Shown in pieces: positions 22,761 to 36,024 of a DNA stretch of 64,000 nt. The translations under genes and the position numbers were made by a program. Source of the DNA: Octopus sinensis (lineage: Eukaryota). Position 1 is the stretch's first letter, and each line of letters opens with the position of its first letter. The DNA is taken from positions 50,096,001-50,160,000 of the forward strand of contig NC_043013.1 of the NCBI RefSeq assembly GCF_006345805.1, written 5' to 3'. The notes beneath the pieces are model-generated. The model did not search any database. It was not told where the DNA came from and saw nothing but the letters and a program-made list of their open reading frames with translations.

Positions 22761-23158
22761 CGGAGTGGCTGTGTGGTAAGTAGCTTGCTAACCAACCACA
22801 TGGTTCCAGGTTCAGCCCCACTGCGTGGCATCTTGGGCAAGTGTCTTCTACTATAGCCCCGGGCCGACCAATGCCTTGTGAGTGGATTTGGTAGACGGAA
22901 ACTGAAAGAAGCCTGTCGTGTATATGTATATGTGTGTGTGTATGTGTTTGTGTGTCTGTGTTTGTCCCTCTAGCATTGCTTGAAAACCGATGCTAGTGTG
23001 TTTACGTTCCCGTAACTTAGCGGTTCGGCAAAAGAGACCAATAGAATAAGTACTGGGCTTACAAAGAATAAGTCCCGGGGTCGATTTGCTCAACTAAAGG
23101 CGGTGCTCTAGCATGGCTGCAGTCAAATGACTGAAACAAGTAAAAGAGTAAAAGAGTA
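22761..23158 (+). mobile_element. tRNA-type SINE, family A
   Basis: Full-length match. Confidence 0.9.
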
Positions 23159-24043
23159 TTATAACTCTTTATTTATTGATTTAAGGTGAAAATGATTTTC
23201 ATGTCATTGACTAGCCTATAAAAGTGTTTCATTACACTGAATGTGAAATCAATTTGAATAGAAATTGAAAAGATCCCACAAATTTGCAATCTTTTTCAAA
23301 AAATAAAAAAGTTGAGGGGGTATATGATGTGCTTAAAGCAAAGTTCTGCTAGGAACAGATAAAAAAACAATGAAAATAAAATAAAATTTTGTGAGAGGTA
23401 CAATATAGGGGGTAAGGTGGAGAGATTCTTATTTTCTTTAATGTGACTTAAATGTGTTCAGAATGTGGAATACAATAAAATAATGAAGGGTGGGACAACT
23501 ATTCCGTCCCAGAAAAATACTTCAATATTTGGTGGAGTTCTGATTGTAGCCCACCATGTAATTAATCATGACTTTTCTTATTTTTTGGCATTTTCAGAAA
23601 TTTTTTGTGAATTTGTGTTCTACACACTGCATCTTGTATGATTACGCAAAAATATTTTTTTATTTTTGTCAACCCTCCTCCAAATCCTAAAATTTTCAGG
23701 GAAAGAGTTGTTTTGTTGGTGAGTAGGGGCTCTTGCAATAAAAATATGTTGTTATGAAGAGTTCGTTTTGATTTTGGGGCATGTAAGAGAAACGTTGTCA
23801 TCGTCCTTATTTATAACTCATGCGGGCATGGCTGTGTGGTTAGGGAGCTTGCTTCCTAGCTACATGGTTTCGGGTTCAGTCCCACTGCGTGGCACTTTGG
23901 GTAGGTGTCTTCTGCTATAGCCCCGAGCTGACCGGAGGTTTGTGATTGAATTCGGTAGGTGGAAGTTGCTGCCGTGTGTGTATATGTGCGTGTAGGTGCT
24001 TGTGCCTCTCCCAAAGAGAGAGAGGGTTTCACTGCCAACACAT

Positions 24044-24535
24044 CATCATCATCATTATTTAACATCCACTTTCCATGCTAGCATGGGTTGGACGATTTGA
24101 CTGAGGACTGGTTAACCAGATGGCTGTGCCCGGCTCCAATCTGATCAGGCAGAGTTTCTACAGCCGGATGCCCTTCCTAACGCCAACCACTCCAAAAGTG
24201 TAGTGGGTGCTTTTACGTGCCACCGGCACGGAGGCCAGACAAGGCTGGCAAACGGCCACGATGGGATGGGGCTTTTTACGTGCCACCGGCACAGCTGCCA
24301 GACGAGGCTAGCAAATAGCCATGATTAGATGGTTCTCTTATGTGCCACCGGCATGGAGGCCAAGCGAGGCTGACAAATGGCCACGATCGGATGGTGCTTT
24401 TTACGTGCCACCGGCACGGAGGCCAGGCGGGGCGGCGCTGGCAACGGCCATGTTCGGATGGTTCTCTTATGTGTCACCGGCACTGGTATCACAGCTACAA
24501 TTTCCATTGATGTTGATCGATTTTGATTTTGACTT
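24044..24535 (-). mobile_element. RTE 3' UTR copy with 5 repeat units
   Basis: Includes the post-stop spacer (GATGTTGATCGATTTTGATTTTGAC) and the (CAT)n tail. Confidence 0.85.
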
Positions 24536-25954
24536 CTATTAATATATTTCAGTTTTTAAAAAAATATTTTAAAAGGTTTGTCTAATTTTTTGATGTTCAA
24601 CAGTTGGTTATTACTGTTATTTTCGTGTTGTTTTTTAAAAGAAAGTACAATTTTGTCTGATGTGGCTCACCATATCATTTCCACTTTTGCCAAAATTTCA
24701 CAAGTGGTTTAGAACCTGTCATTGTTGCTGGTGCTATCCTGTGACTTTTCCGTCTAGTTTTGCTAATTGTTTTTCAGCTTGTCTATACCCACCAATTTTT
24801 AACTATCTCTGCCAAACATTAGTTATTTTAGCAGCTGTCTACTACCATAAGTACCTGACCATAAATAGGTGGATGTACAAAAAAATGAAAATAAAAAAGT
24901 TGAAGCAAACAAATAAATAAATAAGCTCAAGGAACCATAACTAATAGCAAGACATCTTGATTGCATTCCAAAATACCCTTTTCCTTCACAAAATGATTAG
25001 GGTCATTGCATCTGCAAATGTAACATAAGTAAAAGTAAAGCTTTATGCTTAAAAATTACTATCAGATAGTTTAAAGTTTAGAGAGATCTATGAAATACAA
25101 AATTTCTTCTCAAATTATATTTTTTGAAGTGATTCTGGCACCTTTTCATTTCAATTCAAGAGAAACATAATTTTGAAGAAAAGTAATTTTATGGAAACCA
25201 AATCCTTAATCTGTAATCCTTGATTTACCGTTTCAGTCAAACTCTTTTCTATTAAATTTTGATTATCTTTGGTAGCAAATACATTATCTGTCAAACACAT
25301 AAGAGTAACAGGTATTCGCAAAGTGCCTGCCTTAATATACCTGTAGCAGGATTAAATTAAGTAATTCTACAATGCTGTTATCAGTTCCAGCTTTCTTTCA
25401 TTTTTGGAACTATTTTCATTTGCTTCTTATACTCTCAAAATATCCAAGAATATCAAACTGTCTGGAGTTCAGAAGAGAAAAATTCCTAAAGAAAAAAGTG
25501 AGAAAAAAAATTCTGCTGTATTAGCAAAACAAATTCAATTTGGTTGAGAGCTGAATCAGTGATGAAGCCTAAAATTGCTGGCAAGTGACCTTAAGAATAT
25601 CACCTGCTACTGTGGATAAATGATTTCCATTTAAAACACCTTTTTTAACAAATATTTAAATTAGTGTTTTAACGTATTTAACGCAGTGTCAAAAGGTTAG
25701 CACCAAAATATAATTACATAGCAATTAAAAAAGAAAGCATTAGCTTAATGAGTAATACTATTTTAGTCATTTTACTTCTCTTCCTATTTTATTAGTATTG
25801 GCATGGCATGATGACAGTATGTCATAAAAAAAAAGAGTTCAGGAATGACTTTATAGGTTCTAGTTGCAACGTTTAATGCAGGTAACGGAATCAGTTCTGG
25901 GTGGGGACAGGGACAGTAATGTTAAAGCTTTAGAAAAAAATAAAAGCATGTTAC

Positions 25955-26059
25955 CTTGGAAGGCCCTTCTCGCATCTTTTTCATTTGATCTTTGTATTTC
26001 TTCAGTTCCATATCCAACCTATTGATTTTTTTGTCCATTGATTCACCTCTGGAATCAAT
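25955..26059 (-). CDS. CHMP5: CHMP5 exon 2 (105 nt): [35 protein letters not shown]
   Basis: tcacAG acceptor, GTaaca donor, phase 0-0. Confidence 0.95.
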
Positions 26060-26399
26060 CTGTGAGAAAGCAAAAGAAGAAAAAACAGCAAAACAGCATT
26101 AATTAAAACACATAAATGAAAGATGTTTAATTTCTCGTCAAATTTCTGAAGTGTTGTCTAATCTTAATCAGTTTTAACATTTAAATTACAAGTACAATCA
26201 TAAGAAAAATTACAAAAAGAATTTTAACAGCAAATGTCATAATAAAATAAATGTGGACTCTGCTAAAGGTGGCCAAGAATCAGGTGAAGGTGTTAAAACA
26301 GAAGTATCCAAATTTCAATACTATTTTTCTCAATAAAGGCAGATACCAAAGACACCGATTTAGTACAATTCATAGAATCTTTAGTTTACACACACAGTT

Positions 26400-26672
26400 C
26401 TCTGTGTCATCTCTTGTGAAAGGTAGGAGAGTCCAGTTTGCTGGACATTGTTGTAGAGCTGAAAAAGAGGTAATTTCTACTCTTCTCCTCTGGAAGCCAT
26501 CTGCTCGCGATACCAGAGGGCGCACACTCTCCTACCCTGATGTAATCTCCAGGGATACAGGCATCCAGCAACAGGACCTCCGTAATGCCATGATGGACCG
26601 TGAAGTCTGGCGTAGCATGGTAAATTCCATTGTCCCGACCACGGTCGAACAATGATGATGATGATGATGATG
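26400..26672 (+). mobile_element. RTE-like LINE 3' fragment
   Basis: Near-identical to 10808-11065; (TGA)n tail. Confidence 0.8.
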
Positions 26673-27199
26673 ACACACCCAGATTAGTGAATCTCTCTAC
26701 AGTCTCGATATCTCGCAGACTGGTCTCTATGATCATCGTCATTTGACAGCCGTCATTTCTAATGTTCATTCTTGTGGTCTTCTCCAAGGATAGTTAAGTG
26801 TTGGACCAGCAATCCAATCCCATGAAATATGAACAGCTACATAAGCAGCAAAAGAAAGCCACTCATAAAATCTACAGGGGGAAGATGGCAATGGACACAA
26901 TTCAACAATGACAGACCCCAATGAAAGCCAAATAGAAGTGAGGGTCTCAAAATGCCAAATTCAAAGTACCAAAAATGTAACATAGCTAGGTATATGGAAC
27001 ATATGAACATCAATTCAAAGTGGGAAAATGAAACAATTTATGAGAATTCAAGGAGCACCAACATTTTGAGAATCAGTTCAACATATCAGTCTTAGTGCAG
27101 CAGATGAGCTACTGAGAAAGACTCAAAGACTTAAGACTCTACTTCCTAGAATGAAGCCAGGAAACATATGCTGTAATATACATCTAGAAGATCCTCAAA

Positions 27200-27430
27200 G
27201 AACTGGTCCCAAACTTGAGCACTGAAAGTTATACTAACACAAGAACAGGGCACCATTGCAAAGTGCCAAAGATCCCACCCTTGCTATCAAATATAGGACA
27301 AGATATTGCAAATAGCTTGGGATCCAAGAGCCTATGCCTCTTCAGTATCCTCCTAAAGCGCTTGAGAGACCTACATAGGGTGGATGTAAATGTCTTCAAA
27401 ACAGAACTGGATCTCCTATTGTCATGGCGT
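27200..27430 (+). mobile_element. CR1-type C-terminal fragment
   Basis: NSLGSKSLCLFSILLKRLRDLHRVDVNVFKTELD, homologous to window positions 1-250 on the opposite strand. Confidence 0.6.
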
Positions 27431-27539
27431 GCATGGTGGTTATGGCTTTGGCCCCAAGAATGAGGAGGGAAGAAGGCTACTGTAGTTCTGTAATGCAAAT
27501 GATGTCATGATCAGCAAAACAAACTTCAGAAAAACCAGC

Positions 27540-30250
27540 CAGCCACCTAATCACTTATGTGTCTGATGGGAACATAAGCCAGATCAATTACCTCCTCACC
27601 AGGCAATTAGACAGGTTGATACTCATAAATGCCAAGTCTTTCCCAGGTGAAGAGTGTACACCCCAACATAGTTAGTGACTTCAGAATTAGGGCTAGAGAG
27701 ATTCAGAGAAATAAACCATACTGGAAAAGAAGATTATGGAAGCTCAAAGACCCAGCAAACCAGTAAAAATTTAGAGACATTCTACTGGAAGCGTCTGATG
27801 ATAGAGAGGAGGAGGAGAAAGGGACATATAGCTTAGAGGATGACTTGAAATTCCAGTGGGACAATTTACTGGGGGCCACTGACCAAATCTGTGGCTGGTG
27901 CAAAGTCCCACCAAGGCTGAGGATGATATGGTGGTGGAACAAGGTGGACAGCACTTTAAAAGCAAAGAGACAGGCCTGGAAAGACTGGAAAAATAGTGGA
28001 AGCAGAGGATTTTACCCAGTAGCCAGAAGGAAAGCTAGGTGACAGGTTTACATAGCAAAAGGAATAGCAGAAGGTAAGAGGTTTGCCAAAGATCTACAGT
28101 CTCAGGATCAGAGGCATGAGGTGTTTAGGATTGCAAAGCAGTGTATGAGAGAGAATAGAGATGTGGTGGGTGAGAAATGTGTACGAATGGATAATGGTAT
28201 GCTTGTGTTTAGTGATTCAGAGAAGAAAGATACGTGGAGATGCCATTATAAAATGTTATTAAATGTGGAGAATGATTGAGAGAAGGAAAGTCTTTCAAAT
28301 ACCAAACCAATTGAGGGACCAGCCATCAAAGTTGATAGCAGTATAATAGATAAGGCAATAAGGATGTGAAGATGGGAAAACCTCTGGACTATTGGGTATC
28401 ACTGCCAAGATGATTAAAATATCTAGTCGTGTGGGATACAGACTAGTCACTTGCATAGTTAATCAGAATAAGAATGGAATGGAAGAAGTTCAGAAAGCTG
28501 CTGCTACCTCTGTTGGCAAAAGGACTCTCTCTCAGAGTGAAAGGCAGATTGAATGTGGAGGACATGCGCAGATTGGAGAGAAATGAAGGTAGTATGCTTC
28601 GTCAGATTTGCAACATCAGTGTACATGACTGACAAAGTACAACTGTGTTGAGAGAAAAGTTAGGCATCTCCACGCATCTTTCTTCTCTGAGTCACTAAGT
28701 GCAAACATACCATTATCCATTCGTACACATTTCTCACCCACCACAACTTTGTTCTTTTTGATACACTGCTTTGCAATCCTGAACACCTCATGCTTCTGAT
28801 CCTCACGCTGCATAACATTGGCAAACTTCTTACCTTCTGCTATGTAAACCTGTCACCTAACCTCCCTTCTGGCTCCTTGATACAATGTTCTGCTTTCATC
28901 ATCCCTAATGACTGGTGTAGTAGCATTATAGTTAGCTGCTACAAGGGTAAAGGTGATGCCTTACATAAAAACAACTACAGGGGTATCAAACTGCTAGACC
29001 AAGTCATGAAAATTACAGAAAGTTATACCTCAATTGAATTAAGCTACATGAGATGTAGTTTGGTTTTGTTACTGGGAGAAGTATCACAGATGCCATCTTC
29101 ACAGTGAGACAGTTACAAGAAAAGTATCTGGCCAAAAGTAAATCACTGTACCTAACTTTCATCAACCCGGAGAAAGCTTTCAACAGAATTCCCTACACTC
29201 TTATCTGGTGGTCTCTAAGGAAGCTAGGAGTAGAGGAGTGGCTTGTTAGAGCCGTACAAGCCATGTACAGTGATGCTGTCAGTAAGGTGAGAGTCAACCT
29301 TGAATACAGAGATTAATTTAGCATACAAGGTGTAGTTCACCAGGGATCAGTTCTAAGTGCGCTCTTATTCATCATAATTCTCTAGACCATAACAGAGGAA
29401 TGCAAAACTGGATGCCCATGGGAACTGCTATATGTTGATGACTTCACTCTTATTGCAGAATCTGAAGAACAATTGGAGAAGTTCCAGGTATGGAAGCAAA
29501 ACCTGGAACCAAAGGGCCTTAAAGTTAACCTAGCAAAAACTAAAGTTGTTGTTAGCAGATAAGACCCTCTTTCTGTCAGGTAAATGGTCCTGCTCAATAT
29601 GTAGGAAAGGAGTGGGAAGTCCATTTGCTGGACCCAGTGTAAGCAATGGACGCATAAGAGATGCAATGGAATTGCAGGTAGGTTAACAGATAAGATCACT
29701 TTCATGTGTGGTAGATGCGCAGGAACAATACGCACAAAGCACACATGTGACTTAGATTATCTCAAATGTTGAGGAGGCTCTCTTGAGGTAGTAAATAGTT
29801 TCTGCTATTTAGCTGACCAAATTAGTAACGGTGGTGGATGCCCTGAAAGTATTGTTTCGAGAATAAGAATGGGATGGAAGAAGTTCAGAGAGCTACTGCT
29901 ACCTCTTTTGGCAACAAGAGGACTCTCTCTCAGAATGAAAGATAGACTGGATGATGCTTGTGTACGAATGGCTATTCTACAAGATAGTGGAGGCTCTGAA
30001 TGTGGAGGACATGCGTAGTCTGGAGAGGAATGACGGTAGTATGCTCCATTTGATTTGCAACATCAGCGTGCATGACCGACAAAGCACAACTGTGTTGAGA
30101 GAAAACTTGGGCATAAGAGGGATTAAATGTGGTATGCAGGAGAGGATTATTGTATTGGTTTGGACATATGATACGTATGAGTGAAGGCAGCTGTATAAAG
30201 AAGTGCCTGTCACTGAAAGTGGATGGTACCTGTGGAAGAGGGAGACCCAA
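27540..30250 (+). mobile_element. Degenerate RTE LINE with internal rearrangement
   Basis: Same family as the 16945 element with stops and frameshifts; 28470-28880 holds out-of-order and inverted pieces. Confidence 0.85.
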
Positions 30251-31519
30251 TCTTTCCTGTCCGTAACATTGGACCCTCTGGAGATCCCTCCCTTCTAATG
30301 TCTTTCTTGCAGTGTTGACTTACTCAAGTTTGAGAGGAATATTAAAGATCTCAGTCTCAAAAGAAGTAGGAAAAAGAAAAAAAGAATGCCAGAGCAACAT
30401 TTCATTTTGAGATGTAGAAAATGAAACTGCTTAAGTCAGTATATTAAAATGGAAGCAAATTAATGTACAGTAGTCCTTGACTAAACTAAACAATGAAATG
30501 AAATTAGGAAAATGTTTTCTTTTCAAACAAAGTTTATTTGGAAGTTGTTTCTGTATAAAAGAAATGGCAGACTCTTTTACGTGAGAATTGTGGACAGCAT
30601 CATTCAAATTAATGGGCTAACTCAAAGGAATTACATCATAAAGGATATTCATATAGTAATGATGAATATTGAGAGCACAATTAACTTTCTTCTTGTGTTG
30701 TTTGAAGTAATTCCGAATTCAGTAGTATACTGTAATGAACAGAGTCTCAGCACCAACTCAATGCCTAAGAATTGAACTTTTAGGGGTTCGATAAAATAAG
30801 GGCACAAGTAGTACCAAAATAAGTACCAGTCAAGTACTGAGGTTGATGTAATGGGGGAAGCCCCCCAACCCAGAATTGCAGGCCTTGTACTGAAATTAGA
30901 AAGAATTGTTCGGAGAAGGAAACAAACAATGGACAAAAAACATGGTGAAGTTCGTATTACAAAAACAGCCGTTGTATCCCTTTTAAATAGATTCGTTTTT
31001 CGATATATGAGAACTAGCTGGTGTTTTTGCTCTGACAAACATTAAACAAATACATATTTCCGAAGCGATGCTGTGGAAATGTCCCCCCGGGGGGGGGGGG
31101 ACACCCGGATAAACTTAGGGTTGGGGTTAAAACAGCTGTTTCGACGGGTTTGACTTGACTGCAATAATGAATATAAAAACCGATATTAGTAATATATTAC
31201 GGGGAAATATCACAAACAAAGACAATTACTTCTGGAATTACAATTTTTAATTTGTAATTCCATAATTATAAATTCTGATTAGCTTTTAAATATTTCTTTT
31301 CTGTAGAACAAAGGTCGAAACTAGTCTCTATCGAAAGTCATAATTTGAGTAATTTACAATATTTTCTGCCCAGAAATAATCACAGATCCTTAATTTGTGA
31401 AACAATTCCAACTTTGTTGTAGAATTTTGGGTTAAATTGGCAAAAATTTAGGAAATTCAATTGAAGAAGGTAACATTTAATATACGTTAATGAATATAAT
31501 GAAATTAAGTGTAACATAC

Positions 31520-31588
31520 ATTACTAATGCAATCATTTAAGTTTGCCGGGGGTTCCTTGGGCTTGGCCCTTCCAAATAAACGATTCAT
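31520..31588 (-). CDS. CHMP5: CHMP5 exon 1 (69 nt): MNRLFGRAKPKEPPANLNDCISN
   Basis: aaaATG start, GTatgt donor; MNRLFG is the conserved CHMP5 N-terminus. The seven exons sum to 663 nt (220 aa plus stop). Confidence 0.95.
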
Positions 31589-31589
31589 T

Positions 31590-31900
31590 TTGGAAAGTTT
31601 TGACAATCGAAGAAACACAAAAAGGTAAATACGATGGCGACAGGAAGTGATGACATAGATATACGACGACTTTCGATCAGAAGATAAGCATCTCCTCTCT
31701 CTCTCTCTTTCGCTTCCTCTTCGGCCGCCATATTACATGAGTCAGTATGCAATAGGAAATTACTTCATTCGGTGACTAAACAAGTTGGAAAGCATTATCA
31801 CGCCCACCTAACTTAGATTTTTCTCCGTTTCGACGAGGATTTTTCCAAATTTTAATAAACACGCCGCACTTCAAAATGATGATGATGTGGAAGCTTTTTA
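31590..31900. promoter_or_regulatory. CHMP5 promoter/5' UTR region, CpG-enriched, with YY1- and ETS-like motifs
   Basis: GCCGCCATATT (31724-31734), CAGGAAGT (31641-31648), TGAGTCA (~31738); CpG-rich patch in AT-rich DNA just upstream of the ATG. Confidence 0.55.
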
Positions 31901-32151
31901 TGAAAAGAAATTTTTTTAATATTTATGATTTTTTAAAAGCCTTATTCTCCCCTCTCGCCCTACCCCGGAGTCCTCAAGACGAACTTTTTCAATTTTCTTT
32001 TTACACTAAGCACTTAAAATAGAGAGGACAAGCCTTTCCTTGTCAAAAAAACCCCCAAAATTGTTGAAATTTATGAAAACCCAACATTTTGGCAGTTGCT
32101 CCCCCTTACGACAGCGATCACCGTTACAATCATTAAATACTTTTTTTTTCT

Positions 32152-32373
32152 TTTACTCTTTTACTTGTTTCAGTCATGTGACTGTGGCCATGCTGGAGCA
32201 CTGCCTTTAGTCGAGCAAATCGACCCCAGGTCTTATTCTTTGTAAGCCTAGTACTTAATCTATCGGTCTCTTTTGCCGAACCGCTAAGTTATGGGGATGT
32301 AAATACACCAGCATCGGTTGTCAAGCAATGTTGGGGGGGGGGGACAAACACAGACACATAAACATACATACTT

Positions 32374-32404
<31 letters not shown>

Positions 32405-32444
32405 CGACGGGCTTCTTTTCAGTTTCCATCTACCAAATCCACTC
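32152..32444 (-). mobile_element. tRNA-type SINE, family A, 5'-truncated
   Basis: Reverse complement of the family A 3' half. Confidence 0.85.
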
Positions 32445-33486
32445 TTGCATGGTGCACTGGATCTTATTCTGTTTTCAACAGTTCCCAATTTTTTATATCT
32501 TTAAATAAATGAGGATATGGTAGAAAATGGAATACAAAGGGTCTCTGATATTTTCCTGTAACTTTTACCTGCTTTCCACTGTTCAATAATTAAGTTTTTC
32601 ATTGAATTTGTGAGTTCTTTACTTTTCGCCATTATTACGATACTACTTTATGTTGTCTCAATGCAGAATGAAGAACCTAGTGTTTTGACACTTAAAAATG
32701 ACAACTGATAAGATTATTGGAACAAACGAGAAAGTTCTGGCAAAAAAAATTATTTTAACAGTATTTTGTGGCTAGAAAATCATAAATTTATTCTTTACAA
32801 ATACTTTTTTCACCCCTAAATATTTATAATTGTATATAAATTCATTAGTAACTATACTTTATTAGATTCTTTTGCATATTCTTAGTTTATGCTTGTGTAT
32901 GCAAATATAGTATTGGTATATCCCATTTATGTTCATTAGAAATTAAATAAAGAATTTTTACATGTACGAATATTTATTTCCCCCCACTGTACATATCCTC
33001 ACTTATATTCGTTTTCTTGTGTCTTGAGATGCTTTGGCATCTCATTACCAATATTTCTACCTTCTCATCTACTCTCACCCACCCACCTTTATGTAATGTG
33101 TGGTAGCTAGATATCTCCTCTATAACAAGACCCCTGTCATACTTTAATCTCTCAATACCTGTCACAAAAAACACTTCCTTCTTCACAAAAACTCCCTCTC
33201 TTTTAGTTGAGGGGGATTTTTTATTCTTCTTGTTCTTTTCTTCTAAGTTACTTCAATAGTACTGGAGGGACAAAACAAAAAAGAACCCAGTACACATTGT
33301 AAAGTAATTGGCATTAGGAAGGGCATCCAGCTCTAGAAACCATACCAGAGCTGACATTCAAGCTCAACCTCCAACACACATCAACATGAAAAACAAAGGG
33401 AAAAAAAGGACCTGATTTAATTGGTCAAAACCAGGTAGACCAGGATAACCCACCTTAATGATTTCAGTTGCCAAAAGGACCCTTAA

Positions 33487-33706
33487 CCCTTTAGTGTTTA
33501 AACTGGCTGTATCCAGCACAAACATTCTACACATTTTATGTTCAAACTGGCCAGAACCAGCACCTCACACCAACCCTGCTATGTCATTGTAAAAATAAAC
33601 AATTACATCTTTGAAATCTTGAAGCCACATGATAATACCTGATTAATTTTTGAAAATGTGAATAAGTAAGGATTACTTTTGACAAATTAATCTGAATGTT
33701 AACGGA
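33487..33706. mobile_element. piggyBac-type MITE, 220 bp
   Basis: TTAA flanks, CCCTTT left end, diverged right end; homologous to 52643-52862. Confidence 0.75.
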
Positions 33707-33919
33707 TTAAAGAATTATAAAAAAAATGGATTATTGCATACAGTGTTCAGGTGCACTACAGCTCATTGGAAAAGGGTAAAAAATGGGATCAGAAGTAGAA
33801 TTTCTATGGCTAGACTCCCTTCCTGTTACTAACTCTCACCTATTCCTAAACAAGGTAATATTTCCTCATAGCCAGATATATTTTCATGGAAGATTGAACA
33901 TATAGGACTACCAATTGTA

Positions 33920-34558
33920 CTCTTTTACTTGTTTCAGTCATTTGACTGCGGCCATGCTGGAGCACCGCCTTTAATCGAGCAACTCGACCCTGGGACTTAT
34001 TCTTTTGTAAGCCCAGTACTTATTCTATCGGTCTCTTTTGCTGAACCGCTAAGTAACGGGGACATAAACATACCAGCATCGGTTGTCAAGCAATGCTAGG
34101 GGGACAAACACAGACACACAAACATACATACACACACACGTGGACATGCCTACAAAGTCAGAAAACAACACAGCTCCCATGACTTTCGGAAACATTTCTT
34201 CACGCTCAGAGTTGCTGAAGCATGGAATAAACTGCCTGCGTCAGTTGTTGACTGCCATGACACTGCATCCTTTAAGGCCCTCATGCTTTCCGAAATCCGT
34301 CGAAACTACACCTGATTATATATGCACTTTAGATGAGTTGTTGTGCACCTGAGCACTGTACACAATGTTTATTATTATTATTATTATTATTATATACGAC
34401 GGGCTTCTTTCAGTTTCCGTCTACAAAATCCACTCACAAGGCTTTGGTCGGCCCGAGGCTATAGTAGAAGACACTTGCCCAAGGTGCCACGCAGTGGGAC
34501 TGAACTCGGAACCATGTGGTTGGTAAACAAGCTACTTACCACACAGCCACTCCTGCGC
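33920..34558 (-). mobile_element. SINE family A interrupted by a CR1 3' fragment (34141-34392, plus strand)
   Basis: SINE halves flank a HSSHDFRKHFFTLRVAEAWNKLP-type fragment with a (TAT)n tail. Confidence 0.8.
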
Positions 34559-35489
34559 CTATTTGTACAATGACAATACTTATTTATAACAATCACACAA
34601 ATTCAAGATAAGGAAATACAAACACACACACACACATACATACATATATATATATACGCGTATACATACAATACACTCCTTTCAGTTTCTGTCTACCAAA
34701 TTCACTCACAAAGCTTTGATCAGCCCAGGAATATAGTAAAAGACATTTGCCTAAGCTGCATCACAGTGGGACTGAACCTAAACTTTTATATATATATACA
34801 TATCTATGTGTTTGTCCACCCACCACCACTTGACAACAGATGTTGGTGAGTTTATGTCCCTGTAACTTAACAGTTCAGCAAAAGAAACGGATAGAATAGG
34901 AACTAGGTTATAAAAAAAATAACTCCTGGGGTTGATTCGTTAAACTAACACCCTTCAAGGTGGTGCCACAGCATAGCCACAGTCAAGTGATTGAAAACAA
35001 AGAATGGAGAATATACACACATACACACTTAGTGAAGAGCTAAAATGCACGACATTTTACCATATTCAAATTACATTAAACTTCAGTTTTCTTTCTGACA
35101 TGAATTTGAATGAAGTGTATCAGATAGTAAGAAACTGGAGAAGCCATGTAGCTCCTCTTCTTCATCAAGGCACACATCCCTGTTCCTCTATCATACTTTC
35201 ACCTCCATCTCTAACAAACTCTCTTTCAGCTGAGAGTGGGGTCCAGTCTCGCAGGTTTCTTGGTGACTTCATTAATGTCAGTGCCATGAAAAAGCACCCA
35301 GTAAACTCTTGTAAAGTGGTTGGCAATAGGAAGGGCATCCATCCATGACACCCATGGATGGAAGCACTCTGTCGGTTACGACAACGAGGGTTCCGGTTGA
35401 TCAGATCAACGGAACAGCCTGCTCGTGAAATTAACATGTAAGTGGCTGAGCACTCCACAGACACGTGTACACTTAACATAGTTCTCGGG

Positions 35490-35718
35490 GATATTCAGCG
35501 TGACACAGAGAATACAGGTACAACAGAAACAGGAAGTAAGAGTGAGAGAAAGTTGTGGTGAAAGAATACAGCAGGGATCACCACCATCCCCTGCCGGAGC
35601 CTCGTGGATCTTTAGGTGTTTTCACTCAATAAACACTCACAACGCCCGGTCTGGGAATCGAAACCGCGATCCAACGACCGCGAATCCGCTGCCCTAACCA
35701 CTGGGCCATTGCGCCTCC
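35490..35718 (-). mobile_element. tRNA-type SINE, family C
   Basis: Reverse complement of the head at 38446 (GGCGCAATGGCCCAGTGGTTAGGGCAG...TTTCGATTCCC). Confidence 0.7.
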
Positions 35719-35986
35719 ACATGACACCCATACCTGAGCAGACATTGAAAGTTAGCACAATCCTTTGGTCTCTCAGTTCCTGTAAAAGCATCCAAACCGT
35801 TCTAGCATGGAAAGAAGGCAATAAAGGATGACGATGGTGATGAAAAGAGATAGATACAGCTATCTACACATGTAAACACACATATACATATATAAAGGGA
35901 GAGTTTAACGAAAATAAACAAAAAACGAAGGCAGGTGGAGTACAAACAAACAGATGTATTAGTCTAACGCTCAGGAATAGAAAAAG

Positions 35987-36024
35987 TCTTTTACGTTTCG
36001 AGCCTACGCTCTTCGACAGAAAGA
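35987..36024 (-). ncRNA. Minimal type-I hammerhead-like motif with variant core
   Basis: Minus strand: TCTTT / CTGTCGA-A / GAGC-GTAG-GCTC / GAA / ACGT palindrome / A / AAAGA. Confidence 0.5.

Noticed and set aside
31295-31335. CTGTAGA...GAA-ACTAGT-C, hammerhead-like with a palindrome
   Set aside because: No adjacent stem I and poor stem II; at best a decayed motif.
31634-31687. Plus-strand ATGGCG mini-ORF as the start of a divergent gene
   Set aside because: Stops after 17 codons; no donor or downstream exons were found.
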